Below, one piece after another: positions 26,256 through 39,478 of a stretch of 46,168 nt of DNA. The notes under the pieces are model-generated. The model was not told the origin of the DNA. It saw nothing but the letters and a program-made list of their open reading frames with translations, and ran no database searches. Positions within the stretch are counted from its first letter, which is position 1. The number at the start of each line of letters is the position of its first letter. This DNA comes from Octopus bimaculoides (taxonomy: Eukaryota), in assembly GCF_001194135.2 (NCBI RefSeq), contig NC_068981.1, forward strand, positions 83,779,467-83,825,634. The letters are read 5' to 3'. The position numbers were made by a program, and so were the translations under genes.

Positions 26256-27110
26256 CTACCGACGTGTCAGGCTTTGCCTGGATAGAGAATATAGCGGAAC
26301 ATATTTTGTTAAACTTAAATGACTTAACATACGGAAATATTTCATGTAGTGCATTTGTAAGAAATTGTATTTGCATGCCTATTTATTGCAATACACATCC
26401 TTCTTTACTGTAATATGTGAATCTTTTAGTGTATGCTTATTTGAGCCTTAAAGAAATATTATATTTAGGTTTGTATGTATCTTCCTCTAATTCTAAACTC
26501 ATATGTTGCATATAAAATAAGCAATCTTAATTGAAATGGATTTTATTTTGCAATAGATCTTGAGCAGAAAGCAATTCTTGCTCTGAACTTTTATATCCAA
26601 AGGAATAGATATTTACTGAATCTGTTGAGACTGCTCAACAATTTTGGGGTATTTTCGCTCGACACGTATAACACAAGTGCAAACTTACAGTTGACAATTA
26701 TGCGAAAATGAATTAAACAGAGTTGCTGAGACATCTCTACTTAAGTGCAACTCTCTTGATGGTTGAAATATAAATGGGTTTTTTTTCCCCTTTTGCTGCA
26801 AATACAGGTTTATCTGAGGTTCTGATACCCTGGGGCTTACTTTCACCATATGATCAAATATATTTTGTATAGCTGATAATACTTTATTTTGTGTTGCTCC
26901 AGTTCACTCTGTACACACAAATGAGTAGTAACTGTGTTTCAAATGGCCAACCTTGTTACATTATGTGTCAGGCGGAGTTACCATAAGAACTACGTTAAAG
27001 GTACGGGAGGCTGCAAAGAACTCAGTCACCTACACGTTAATTTTACGAGCAGGCTATTCCGATGATTGCAACAACTAGAACGCACATCGACGTAACCGAT
27101 GGAATTCCAG

Positions 27111-27112
<2 letters not shown>

Positions 27113-27189
<77 letters not shown>

Positions 27190-27397
27190 CATCATCATCA
27201 TCATCATCATTATTATTATTACTATTATTATTGAGTGAGAGAGCAGTGCGTGCCACCAAAGTGACACTGGGGTAAAATATACGAAGTCTAGTATAGCAAT
27301 CATGACCACCGGGTACACCAGACACATGCATAACAACTATATGCGCGCGACATAGTGATCTTATATCAAGATAAACAGCGCATGACCTTGTAGGTGG
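27113..27397 (-). mobile_element. 5'-truncated copy of the TAA-tailed element with a long (TAA/TGA)n tail
   Basis: 27233-27397 is the reverse complement of about 17040-17212. 27113-27232 is (TTA)n/(TCA)n. Confidence 0.85.
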
Positions 27398-27559
27398 ATA
27401 TTTCAGTCTAATGTAATTACATAAAAGACAGTATCAAATTGGTTTGCAAAATTTTGTTCTGGTAACTTTGGGCTCACAATTGTGCAACGCGGTCGACCAG
27501 TTGGCTGGAGTAGATCACTGACTTCACAGGAATATATATATTATTGAATATTAAAAAAG

Positions 27560-27930
27560 AGTTTCGTGAAAGAGCAGGTGGTCTATACATATCTTCTATT
27601 ACTACAGTAATATCGAACTCCAAAGGTGTAGGGAAAAGGAAACTTCTTCAAAAGAAATTTCTTATAAGTTATAGGACAGTCTATAGCGTAGGAATACATA
27701 AGGTAGCTAAATTTCTAAATGTAACATTGGAACTTAATACGGGCTTATTTCAAACATACCATAAGCCCAATGAAAATTTACGATATGTTAACAAAAATGT
27801 TTCAACTACCAGCAGTAATTAAGTCCATCGGTTAATGTATTCATCCAAAATATCCAGGACTTACGGCTGAAAATATTAGTCTTCCTCAAAATGCAGACGA
27901 CTATAACGTAACTCCCGCAATGATCGTATG
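27560..27930 (+). mobile_element. Penelope-like element, RT C-terminal/thumb fragment
   Basis: KFLNVTLELNTGLFQTYHKPNENLRYVNK matches the PLE pattern FLDVT...Y.KP...Y. The frame is disrupted afterwards. Confidence 0.7.
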
Positions 27931-28763
27931 TATATACTTGAAACATCGGTATCACCCGGGCGATACTGATTGAAAAATCCTTAAGAATTGCAGGCCGTAT
28001 TCACAAGTATATTGACGTATTAATACAACAGACATAGGAAATCTTTCATTAGAATTAAATTTTTATTGCAATAGAAGAACATGAACCCTAGTCTGGACTA
28101 ACTACTAACATGGATTGTCGAAAACAACGCAAGGGAACGACAGCAGAAATTATAGTCCAGTTAATGATGCAAAGCAACTACAAAGCTCTAGAATTCCTTT
28201 CGCAAGCTTTAATCTGATTCTGATTGACTTGTGTAACAGGCTTCAGTCAAGAAGAAGTGGATGTATTGATTAAAAATATGACAAACTGTACTCGGAGAAA
28301 TGTAAATTAATAGACAATTAACACGATGATCGAGTGAAGGGCATCATAGTATTTGAAGCATATCTATGTAACTACACTTGGAAGATACGGCAGAATGCAA
28401 ACAGCAGGCACCGAACTACAAAAGAGTCCAGTCGTATATGAATACATGATACAAATCTTGGATTTCAGTTAAGATTCATTAAGATTTATTAACAAATCAA
28501 ATGATGTAAGGTTACAGTCTAATACGGTAACAACACCGAAAGTTCTTAGAACTTATTAGACGTCAGTTCTGAAGAATTGTTTAAGAACTGTTCGTTTTCT
28601 CTCACGTAGTCACTTCCTCTCACTCTCGCTTTCTTCCTCTCCCACCCTCTCTCTCTCTCTTTATCTCCCTCTCAATCTCTCTCTTTCTCTCTCTCTCTCT
28701 CTCATTCTGTCTCACTTTCTATCTTTCTTTCTCTTTCGTTTCCTCTTTCTCTCTCTCTCATTA

Positions 28764-28804
<41 letters not shown>

Positions 28805-29412
28805 CCTGCTCTTACTCTCTCTCTNNNNNNNNNNNNNNNNNNNNNNNNNNNNNNNNNNNNNNNNNNNNNNNNNNNNNNNNNNNNNNNNNNNNNNNNNNNN
28901 NNNNNNNNNNNNNNNNNNNNNNNNNNNNNNNNNNNNNNNNNNNNNNNNNNNNNNNNNNNNNNNNNNNNNNNNNNNNNNNNNNNNNNNNNNNNNNNNNNNN
29001 NNNNNNNNNNNNNNNNNNNNNNNNNNNNNNNNNNNNNNNNNNNNNNNNNNNNNNNNNNNNNNNNNNNNNNNNNNNNNNNNNNNNNNNNNNNNNNNNNNNN
29101 NNNNNNNNNNNNNNNNNNNNNNNNNNNNNNNNNNNNNNNNNNNNNNNNNNNNNNNNNNNNNNNNNNNNNNNNNNNNNNNNNNNNNNNNNNNNNNNNNNNN
29201 NNNNNNNNNNNNNNNNNNNNNNNNNNNNNNNNNNNNNNNNNNNNNNNNNNNNNNNNNNNNNNNNNNNNNNNNNNNNNNNNNNNNNNNNNNNNNNNNNNNN
29301 NNNNNNNNNNNNNNNNNNNNNNNNNNNNNNNNNNNNNNNNNNNNNNNNNNNNNNNNNNNNNNNNNNNNNNNNNNNNNNNNNNNNNNNNNNNNNNNNNNNN
29401 NNNNNNNNNNNN

Positions 29413-29446
<34 letters not shown>

Positions 29447-30374
29447 TATATACATATATATATACATATATACATACACATATGTATTCATGTATGTATA
29501 TGTATATATGCATGAATATATATATATGTGTATGTACATATATATATATAGATAGATAGATATAGATATATACAAACACATATATATGTATGTATGTATT
29601 TATGTATGTATGTATGTATGAATGTATGTATGTATGTATGTACGTATGTATGTGTGTGTGTTTGTGTGCGTGTGTATACATACATAATATTGATAATCAT
29701 TCATGCATAACCATGCAGATAAGCTGGCAGTAAAGTAACAAAGATATATACATGTGCCATAAAGCTACATTCATATACATAAAATAAAACATATCTGCTT
29801 GAGGGCAAGAGAAAGATACACCCATTAATCCATAAATGCAGTTGTATACAAAACAGCAACACATATAAACATATTCGTAACAAAAATTAACATACATTAC
29901 CGATATTTTCTTCTGAGGTATAAGGAGATTTCAAAAGACTTATGTTAGAAGTTAGTCTAACAAAAAAAAACATTTATACATGAATACTTAACCCTCCTCA
30001 CTTCTTAAATGAAAGAGTTATTATCACTGGAGAAAACAAAATATAACGTACTCAATATGATGAAGTATTGTATTGTGAATAGTTTTTGTATACTTTTGTC
30101 GAAATGGAATGGGCGTTACTGTCTTGAGAATAACGGCGTATGATCATCACGTGTAATGGTGTATGCTTATGTAAATGATGCGTTTAATATATTCGAAATT
30201 TACTATCGTATCTCTCATATTTAAATGTTTTCAGACAGCGTCACTATTGATGCGGCTTAGGTTAAATGGTGATCTAAATATTAGTTTCAAATTTTGGCTC
30301 ATGGCTAGCAATTTCAGGGGTGGAAGTAAATTGATTACATCTAGCCAAGAGCTCAGCTACTACATATTTTAACG

Positions 30375-30497
30375 TCTCTGAAAATATGAAGGGCAAAGTT
30401 GACCTCGGTGGAATTTGAGCTCAGAATGCAAAGACAAACGAAATGCCACTAAGCATGTTGTCCGGCGTGCTACCGATTCTGCCAGCTCAACGCCGTT
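30375..30497 (-). mobile_element. SINE family B head
   Basis: GGGCAAAGTTGACCTCGGTGGAATTTGAGCTCAGAATG...CTAAGCATGTTGTCCGGCGTGCTACCGATTCTGCCAGCTC. Confidence 0.75.
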
Positions 30498-30714
30498 CGT
30501 AATCAAAATCAGTTCTCCGCAAGCTTTTTTCATTGTGGTACACTTAAATTCCTTTCAAAATACGGCGGCACACCTGAACTAAAAATATAACTACAAGAAT
30601 AGGGGGGAAAATAACATCCAGGTTACACTTCTGCGCACTTACTATCGTCTTGTGGCACTGACCTAAATATTGATTTCAAATTTTGGCACAGGACATGCAA
30701 TTTAGACACAGGGA

Positions 30715-30880
30715 ATAACATCGACATCAGAGTTCAACAGGTATTTACTCTATGGACTCCGAAATGATGAAAGGCAAAGTCTACTCTGGTAACATATGAA
30801 CTCAGAAAGTAAAGTCGGAAAAAATGCCGCTAAACATTTTTTCCTGGCGCAGTAACGATTCTGCCAGCTCACCACTTCCT
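30715..30880 (-). mobile_element. SINE family B
   Basis: GATGAAAGGCAAAGTC...GAACTCAGAAAGTAAAG...CCGCTAAACAT...TAACGATTCTGCCAGCTC. Confidence 0.7.
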
Positions 30881-31234
30881 TTGGTAATCTAAATATTGGC
30901 ATTTAAGTATATCGATAAAATATTATTCCTTTTTCAGACACCAATCTTTCTTTTTACTTTTTGCTTTTAGAAATGCAACTTTTTAAAATCTTATTTCCTG
31001 ATGTCTATTTGTACATAGAATATACACTACATTACTTCCTGTACATATGCTATGGAGATAAATCACCCCAGGTATCAATTATATTACCTTAGCGTTTGGG
31101 GGTATATATGCACGAGTAGCAAGCAGCAGGAAGTCTCCAAAAGTGGAATTAATCCTCTGTTGTTGACCTCAACCTAATGTTTTACAAAGAATTGGACGCA
31201 TTGATGGTATAGTCCTATGTATACAGCACAAAGT

Positions 31235-31510
31235 CGCGTGGACTAGTTGTTAGGGTATTACATTCCCGATCGCAAAACCGTGGTTTCAATCCCTGGAACG
31301 AGTGGTGCGCACTTGAGTTAAGTACTTCCTTTCGTATTGCTCTGCAATCACTTCAATATCTGACGTGGTGCACACCTTGCACAATAATGTCCATTTGATG
31401 GAGGAGGATGGAAGCTAATATTCAGCACAAACATTTAATCGCTATAAACAAATAGTTTGTAGAGGTCATCCAGCTAGAAGCTGCGAAATCCTCATCTGTT
31501 TTGTACGAGA
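31235..31510 (+). mobile_element. SINE family C
   Basis: GCGTGGACTAGTTGTTAGGGTATT...GTGGTTTCAATCCCTGG (B-box-like). Confidence 0.6.
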
Positions 31511-31731
31511 GGAGAGTCCACATAAAAATGTGCATAAAGCCCTGTTTGAAAGCTGACGTCACAATCACTGCTGCAAAAACTCCGATCAAATGTCTTCTCG
31601 GTAAGGATTGATATGGACAATAAGAAATGCTAAACAACATATTTCATCTTTTTACATTAATTTTCAAATATGTTAATCTAGAAAGATAATGCATGTGGTA
31701 AAGTGAACACGCATTAAACAAAAATCTCATT

Positions 31732-31782
<51 letters not shown>

Positions 31783-31792
31783 NNNNNNNNNN

Positions 31793-32068
31793 TCATACCG
31801 GCCATGATGAAATACCACAAGGTACAGAAAATACGTATTCGCCTTTATATATTTAATCCTTTATATTGAACGCTCAATATTTCATATATTCAATAAGACA
31901 TATTCCATATATTCAATAAGACATTCAATACTTTATTTCATTGTACCATCCATTTTTATATTATATATTGTATATTCCATATTCTATATCCCACATTAAT
32001 TTTACAAGAATATAAATAAAACATAAAAAACAGACAGAGCTGGAACTCTTTTAAATAAAATAATATAT
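31793..32068 (+). repeat. Dispersed repeat, inverted copy of 39343-39633, carrying a hammerhead-like motif at 31800-31843
   Basis: TCATACCGGCCATGATGAAATACC...GGAACTCTTTTAAATAAAATAAT is the reverse complement of 39343-39633, with a few substitutions and an 8-nt indel. Confidence 0.9.
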
Positions 32069-32425
32069 TCCTCTATACACAATCATACAAAACTCCTATT
32101 TTTTGTATTTATTTTTACTCATATATATATATATACATTATTGTTATTATTTTAAACTGTCGTATGTCCAAATTTGGCCGAATGCGTTTTTTTCAATATA
32201 TATTTTTGCTTGCAATAGCCGTATCTCCAGCTACAATATCGTATCTCCAGCTGCTTCAGATGTCAAGGTATCAAAAATTGTCAAAGTGTAGTACAACGGT
32301 TTTGCTATAGAAAGGTGGAACTATTTTTTCCGTTTTCTGAAAAAGCAACCTGTTGAACTTATGACGCTTTTGCATAACAACAACATATATGTATATATTG
32401 TTGCTATTATATATAAATATATAAC

Positions 32426-32461
<36 letters not shown>

Positions 32462-32576
32462 CAATTATATGGCTACCGAATAATTGTCACATATTTTTAC
32501 AGATAAATCCCTTTATTTACATAATATCGAGGTCTCTTTCTTTCTCTTGTCTTTTTTATCAATATGTATATATATA

Positions 32577-32920
32577 GGCGTGGCTGTGTGGTAAGAAGCT
32601 TGATTATCAGCCACATGGTCCCAGGTTCAGTCCTACTGCGTGGCACCTTGGGCAAGTGTCTTCTTCCATACCCACAGGCCGACCAAAAACCTTGTGAGTG
32701 GATTTGTTAGACGGAAACTGAAAGAAGCACGTTGTATATATATATATTTTTATACATGTAAATGTTTGTGTGTCTGTGTTTGTTCACCCAACATCGCTTG
32801 AAAACCGATAGAATAAGTGCTAGGCTTACAAAGAATAAGTCCTGGGGTCGATTTCTTCGACTAAAGGCGTTACAGCAGCATGGCTGCAGTCAAATTATTG
32901 AAAGAAATAAAAGAATAAAA
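32577..32920 (+). mobile_element. SINE family A, with an internal deletion
   Basis: A box TGGCTGTGTGG, B box GGTTCAGTCC, then ACCTTGGGCAAGTGTCTTC. Body matches 110-600. Confidence 0.88.
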
Positions 32921-33156
32921 AAAGAAGACATATATAAATATATAATTATATAGATATAATTATAATTAAGGTTACTGGTGTGTTCGATGTTGGCTTTAGA
33001 GTCGTTCGACGTCTATTTCTAGCATGTTGGTGCTGTTTCGCAGTACCATTAATTATGATTGTATCTATATGATTATATATCTATATTAATTCTTAACTAT
33101 ATGGTTTTTATATTTATAGCGATTTTATCTTTATTTATACACACACATAGACAGGC

Positions 33157-33266
<110 letters not shown>

Positions 33267-33289
33267 GTGTGTATGTGTGCGCGTGTGTG

Positions 33290-33925
33290 TGTATAGGCTC
33301 AACTCCCCTTCTCTCTTCATCTGACGCCTACTTCCTCTCTTCACTCCTACCTACCTTCTCTCTTCATTGATAACACTCCCAATCCACCCCACATAGCCCC
33401 ACTCCACAACCATTCCATTTACATCCTTCCTCTTTCCACCCCACACCACTCCACACACACTAGCACTGACCACTTCCCACCACCCACACTATCTTCCACA
33501 CACCTACACCATCATCCACACATCCACTCAATTTTCAGTAGCGTCACCACATGAGCAGCCACACGTTACGCACGCACACATTTACACACGTCAGTCATTA
33601 GCCCCTGTTCACACATACACCTACACATTGACACACACCACCTCACATACACACACACGCACGCGCATCTTCATTTGGGATTACCAGCACTTTATTATGT
33701 CCCTTTCTTTCAAATTTTTTTCTAATCATTCCCCGTGCTTGACTGCTAATTCCACAAGTTTTTTCATCCTCTCTCTGTTTATTTCAGTTATTCCTTGCTG
33801 TTGAAGAGTGTAGGTTCGAAACGTAAAAGGCTTTTTCATTTTCCGGAGTATCAAACTAATACACACCCGCTTGTTGCTCATACACCTGTCTTCGTCTTTT
33901 GTTTTTCTATAAATTTCAACTATGT
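33290..33925 (+). mobile_element. Probable PLE terminal (pLTR-like) region with a degenerate hammerhead motif at 33793-33830
   Basis: CA/CT-rich low-complexity tract followed by CTGTTGAAGAGTGTAGGTTCGAAACGTAAAAGG. Related motifs at 35011-35047, 35159-35196 and 37113-37149. Confidence 0.5.
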
Positions 33926-33937
33926 ATATATATATTT

Positions 33938-34014
33938 TCTTCTTCTTCTTCTTCTTCTTCTTCTTCTTCTTCTTCTTCTTCTTCTTCTTCTTCTTCTTCT
34001 TCTTCTTCTTCTTC
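33938..34014. repeat. (CTT)n microsatellite
   Basis: Direct trinucleotide run. Confidence 0.97.
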
Positions 34015-34747
34015 GCCTCCTTTCACAACTACTATTGCTGCTTAAACAATAAAAATCAAGAATTCATATCAAACTACTCCCAGTACCAAGAACTCACATG
34101 AGTAAAAAAGAAAAAAAGAGAGAACTTTGTATATGTTCATATAAACTCAATAGAAAAGTAGTATATTGTTTAATACATTATAACTGGAGGTCCAGTACTC
34201 ATAGTTACGCCTTTCCGATCATCAGCTGGTAAAACGAACCCGGTTTTCTTTTGAAGTATCTTCTGTCAAGATACTTTTGATATATGAAATGAAAGTCTGA
34301 AGGAAACTCTTATCCTCATGTACGTTTTGTTTAAAAATCTTTCTGAACCACACATGTAAAACTGCCACTTAAAGTTCACGGTTTATTTTTAATTCATTTG
34401 TTTTTGTTGTGGCAATATTATTATTATGTCTTTAACTCCATTCAAGTGATGTCATGGAATTGTGTTGCTGTTTAAGCAATGTTTTAATGTAATATTTTTA
34501 ATTAGTAATTATGAAAAGACAACGAGTGTGTTAAAATAATTAAGTATAAAGCTCAACTAAAATACAGAAATACATAAACATTCAAATGCATATATGTATG
34601 TATGTATGTATGCATATATGCATGTATGTATGCTTGTATGTATTATGCATGCACATATACCTAGTATATGTGTGTGTGTGAGACTAAGTATATATTTATG
34701 AATATATATGTGTGTATATACACGTGCACACACAACTACACACACAA

Positions 34748-34786
<39 letters not shown>

Positions 34787-34796
34787 NNNNNNNNNN

Positions 34797-34838
<42 letters not shown>

Positions 34839-34984
34839 CATATTTTCTGACACTTTCGGCCATGCACATACATATAAATACACACACACACACATACATA
34901 GTCGTCAATTCAAAGAACAAACAATTTAAAAAATCGAGAGAAAATTAAAAATCGAACCTGTGATCGTGCACATGCAATATACAT

Positions 34985-35290
34985 ATTTGACGCTCGGTGA
35001 AAGAAGAGAGCTGTTAACGCTTTGAGCATAGCTCTTCGTCGGAAAAAGAAAAATCTAAAGAAAAATAATTAAAAAATCTCCAACAAGCCACGTGTGGAAG
35101 ACAGGTGAATGAACAACAAGCAGATGTATTAGTTTAACGCTCGGGAAGAATAAAAATGTCTTTGACGATTCGAGGCTTCGCTTTTCGACAGAAAGAATTC
35201 AGAGAGGGCCAAAAAAAAAAAAAACGGGGAGAGAACGAATAAGACTGGAGAGAGGAAAAATTGTGTAGGGTTTAACGGTTGAACATGAAT
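34985..35290 (-). mobile_element. Probable PLE terminal repeat region with two degenerate hammerhead-like motifs
   Basis: Two related units on the minus strand: CCGACGAAGAGCTATGCTCAAAGCGTT and CTGTCGAAAAGCGAAGCCTCGAATCGTC. Each is followed by a CGAGCGT motif. Confidence 0.5.
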
Positions 35291-35463
35291 GTAAGCATAC
35301 ATGCACAGATAACTAGCATATGTGTTTGTGTATATTATACGTGTAGACACAAACACACATGCGCACATACACAAAGTACACACATACACGCACATATAGA
35401 AAAACACACGAATGCACACAAACACACATACACACACGCACGCACACACGCGCGCGTACACAA

Positions 35464-35494
<31 letters not shown>

Positions 35495-35696
35495 CACACA
35501 CACATACATATTTGCTGACAGAGGTTTTTTAAACATGTTTGAGACCTGCCTTGTATTTATTTACACCAGGTAAAAGTTGTATGCATTCAAAACCGAACGA
35601 TTCACTTTCACCGAAGCATGAAATTTCCCACGCGAAACCCCACATTTTAGTCATAAATACAGGAATAAACAAAGACGTATATACAAACGAGCGTAT

Positions 35697-35697
35697 A

Positions 35698-35768
<71 letters not shown>

Positions 35769-35775
35769 GTTATTG

Positions 35776-35825
<50 letters not shown>

Positions 35826-35829
35826 GTTA

Positions 35830-35876
<47 letters not shown>

Positions 35877-35901
35877 GTTATTGTTATTATTATTATTGTT
35901 A

Positions 35902-35957
<56 letters not shown>

Positions 35958-35960
35958 GTT
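35697..35960. repeat. (TTA)n/(TTG)n long trinucleotide repeat
   Basis: Direct run. It produces the spurious poly-L and poly-I ORFs. Confidence 0.97.
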
Positions 35961-37049
35961 ACTGTTGTCGTTGTCCGTTCTATCTTTCCTTTGTTTTTAT
36001 TTATGTTGTCTTTGTGCTGTTTCAGTCTCATTTTATTTTTATTATAGTTGTTATACATCTTCATACCCTCCTTTAACCAAACATTAACAATCTTTTATAG
36101 AATATTTCAAATGGAATAATACTAAACGCAGGTAAAACACGTTTCAACAAACATCTAAAACAAATATGTCACATCATAACGTTTATCGGTGAAAAGAAAA
36201 TGAAAAGAATCCATATGTATGTTGAGTAAAATGTTTACTAACACAACAGTTTTATTTTCGATTAACCGCTCATGTGTAAAGTCACCCTCCTATCTCTTTT
36301 ATTTCATTGTGTTCATATTGCAGCTTTATTCATTTGATGAAATGATAGATGTAGGGTTTCTATTACCGGTTGCAAATTTTGATTTCCCTACTTGCATTGT
36401 TCCCGTATTTTCGACAAGGATCAACATGATATCATTTCGTCTATAGCCGTAAACGTGTGAGTGAAAGAGGGTGAGAGGGTGAGATGGTGAGAAGGAGAGA
36501 GAGAGAGAGAAAGACAGACAGACAGGCCGACAGAGAACACTGGAGACAGAGCTGGGAGAGAGAAGAACAGGGAGAGGTGGAAGAAAAAACAAATAGAAAG
36601 CAGGATGGATACAAACACACACATACAGTCAATCAGAGAGAAACTGACGGACAGAAAGATGGAATGACTGATGTAAGAAAAACAAAGATGGTAAGGGAGT
36701 GAAAGGCTGAAAGTTAATCTATTTATGTGGATAGTTGAATCGATATTGAAACATACAAACAGTGATACAAAATCTGCTATTGATATTAGGCACCTCCATC
36801 ATCGAGGACTTAAATCGGAAATAACCCAGTCCACCTAGCCGTAAATAAGTTTTACAAAGCAAGTACAGTTCATATTTCTTCACAGCAGCTAGTTAAGTCG
36901 CAAGGCTGAGTTTGAATCATACTTTCGAATATATAAACATGTATGTATACATACAAAAAACGTATGTATGTATGTATGTATGTATGTATGCATTCATATA
37001 TACACATATATCTAGTATATGTGTGTGTGACTGCGTATTTTTCAGAATG

Positions 37050-37200
37050 TGGTAACAGTCTATTTGAGACATATTCGTTCTGTTGTCTATACATTTTTCT
37101 CTCCTCGTCCATTCTTTTAACAGAAGAGCGTATGTTCGAAACGTAAAATTCTTCTATTTTCTGAGCGTAAACTTAATATGCCGCCTCTTTGTTTATTATA
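37050..37200 (+). mobile_element. PLE terminal-repeat-like fragment
   Basis: GAAGAGCGTATGTTCGAAACGTAAAA...TGAGCGT...AATA resembles 33793-33860, but the CUGANGA core is lost. Confidence 0.45.
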
Positions 37201-39071
37201 TATCGCGCCTTCGTTTCCTTTTATATATATATATTTTTACTATATATGTATTTTATATGACTGGTTTTTGTATCTGGTTTGCAAGATCCTTTATGTGAAC
37301 TTGTGTGTTGAAACAGTATTTGCCTTAAGAGGATGTGGGCAAGCTTTACTCTGTATGGTGACTAACACTTTCGCTTGGCTGGGAAACTTTCTATAATTCA
37401 GAATTTAACTCTTTAGTCAGTAGAAGTTGCTTGTGTGGAGCAACAATGACTAAAATAGTCTTCACATTTAGAAGGTTGCTTATACGACCTCTTGTCAAGC
37501 ACACCCCTCCTTCATTTACCATGGCTGTAACCATGGTGGTTGTCTTCAAGTGGATGGATTCTTAAGTAAACGTCTACATCTACACGAAATAGTACACATG
37601 CGTTGTTGAGAAACCACGGCAGTCAGCTTCATTGAAGTATGAGTCTGTATCACATGCTTTCACATGACACTCATCAAGCAATTTCTAGCATTGAGCTTTC
37701 CTCGGTTGGAGAGAAATGCCAAGTGTGTCATTCAGTAGTCTTGAGAAATTGCCCACGATGGAAGTTGTTGTGCTCCAGGATAGAAAAATCACGTCTGATC
37801 GAAACGAGGTAACCATCTTGAAAAAATGATACTGTCCTTCAGATACACTTGCAATATTCAGTCAGAGGCCGGACTTGAAACTGAAAATAGTCTCCGAAGT
37901 TGTTTTCCCCTTAGGAAACTTTTCCCCTTCCCTTTGGGTGGTGATGCTTGTTGGCTTTAACGGCCTGCAGGTCTCTCCACATCGCAGTTTCCACGAGGAG
38001 TTTTTGTGCTTCTACTTGTATCAGCCTTCTCCGCGCGCTCTGATCACAAAATGGTTTATAGCACGAAAGAGTTGCTCCACAAAGCTTGTAGGATAGTAAG
38101 ATTGTACTTCTTCGTTTTCGCCACAGGACAGTCGTCGCTGAGTACCTAATACACAGTATCAACCGTCTCTGGTAAACATGCTTTTACACGGTAATCACTT
38201 TCAGTTGTCATTCGGACACTCTGTCTATGATTCCAATGGTGCATATGGCATAGACATTGTTACATCCCGTGGCACCTTACTTGATTAATCACTAAGTTAC
38301 ACACGCGCATGAGACTTATATAAGCGGATTGAATTGTTTATAAATCAAATAATGTATGTAAGTCGAAACAAATTGTTGCTTCTTTTGGTTTTTTAATAAT
38401 TTTTTATGCTATCTTATATTGTATTATATTCATAGTATATTTTGTAATATAATATAAATAAATTATTGGATTTTCTATTGAATCTCTCTATCTAATTTAT
38501 TGTTTATATATANNNNNNNNNNNNNNNNNNNNNNNNNNNNNNNNNNNNNNNNNNNNNNNNNNNNNNNNNNNNNNNNNNNNNNNNNNNNNNNNNNNNNNNN
38601 NNNNNNNNNNNNTATATATATATATATATATATATGCGTGCGTGTGTGTGTGTGTATGCGTATATATATATGTATGTATGTATGTATTATTACATATGTA
38701 CGTGTGTGTATATATACGTATAGTCTAAGAATCAAAGATTCTCAAAAATTTTGTATCATTACAGAAAAGATAGTTTTATTGTCTGAAGTCAAGTGAACAG
38801 CGGTCATCAATACAGTAGTTGTCCTCCCATAACTTCAGCAAACAAAGCACTTAGACATACTCACAAAAATATCGTACACGTTTATGCATAAATGGAATGC
38901 AATTGAGTTATTTGAAATTCAAGTTAGAACAAAATCACATTAACAACTAGGATATCGGACACGTGAAACTCAGAGCACTGGAAATATCAGCCTTCTAAGT
39001 ATAATATACTAAAGAGTATTCTACATTTAGCTAAGTTTTGTAATTCATTCCTTCTCAATGAATAAAAAATC

Positions 39072-39150
<79 letters not shown>

Positions 39151-39478
39151 TCTGTTTTTTTTTACTCTCACTCTCTCCAAAATATCTAAAAATAATTATA
39201 TACATATATGGTGTGAGTGGGTATGTGTTTAAATACATGTATGTATATATGTGTCTATATATGTGTATATATATATATATTTGTGTTTGAGTCTATGTGT
39301 ATATATGTATATATATATACAGCTATATATATGTATATATATATATATTATTTTATTTAAAAGAGTTCCAACTCTGTCTGTTTTTTATGTTTTTTATTTA
39401 TATTCTTGTAAAATTTATGTGGGATATAGAATATGGAATATATAATATATAATATAAAAAAAAGATGGATGGTACAAT

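Noticed and set aside
26547-26875. Acceptor-like sites with short open frames (DLEQKAILAL..., GLSEVLIPW...)
   Set aside because: No convincing donors and no recognisable product.
28525-28590. GAAAGTTC...GAACTT...CTGAAGA as a type II hammerhead
   Set aside because: Stem I barely pairs and stem II cannot close at the core.
32577-32650. tRNA-like A/B-box sequences as tRNA genes
   Set aside because: Each runs into SINE body sequence and lacks a full cloverleaf.
35539-36087. Poly-L and poly-I ORFs, and the many YI/CV/HT/RE-repeat ORFs across the window
   Set aside because: These are translations of microsatellites, not proteins.
36328-36446. Open frame after TTCATATTGCAG acceptor (LYSFDEMIDVGF...)
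   Set aside because: No homology recognised, and an equally plausible frame lies on the opposite strand.
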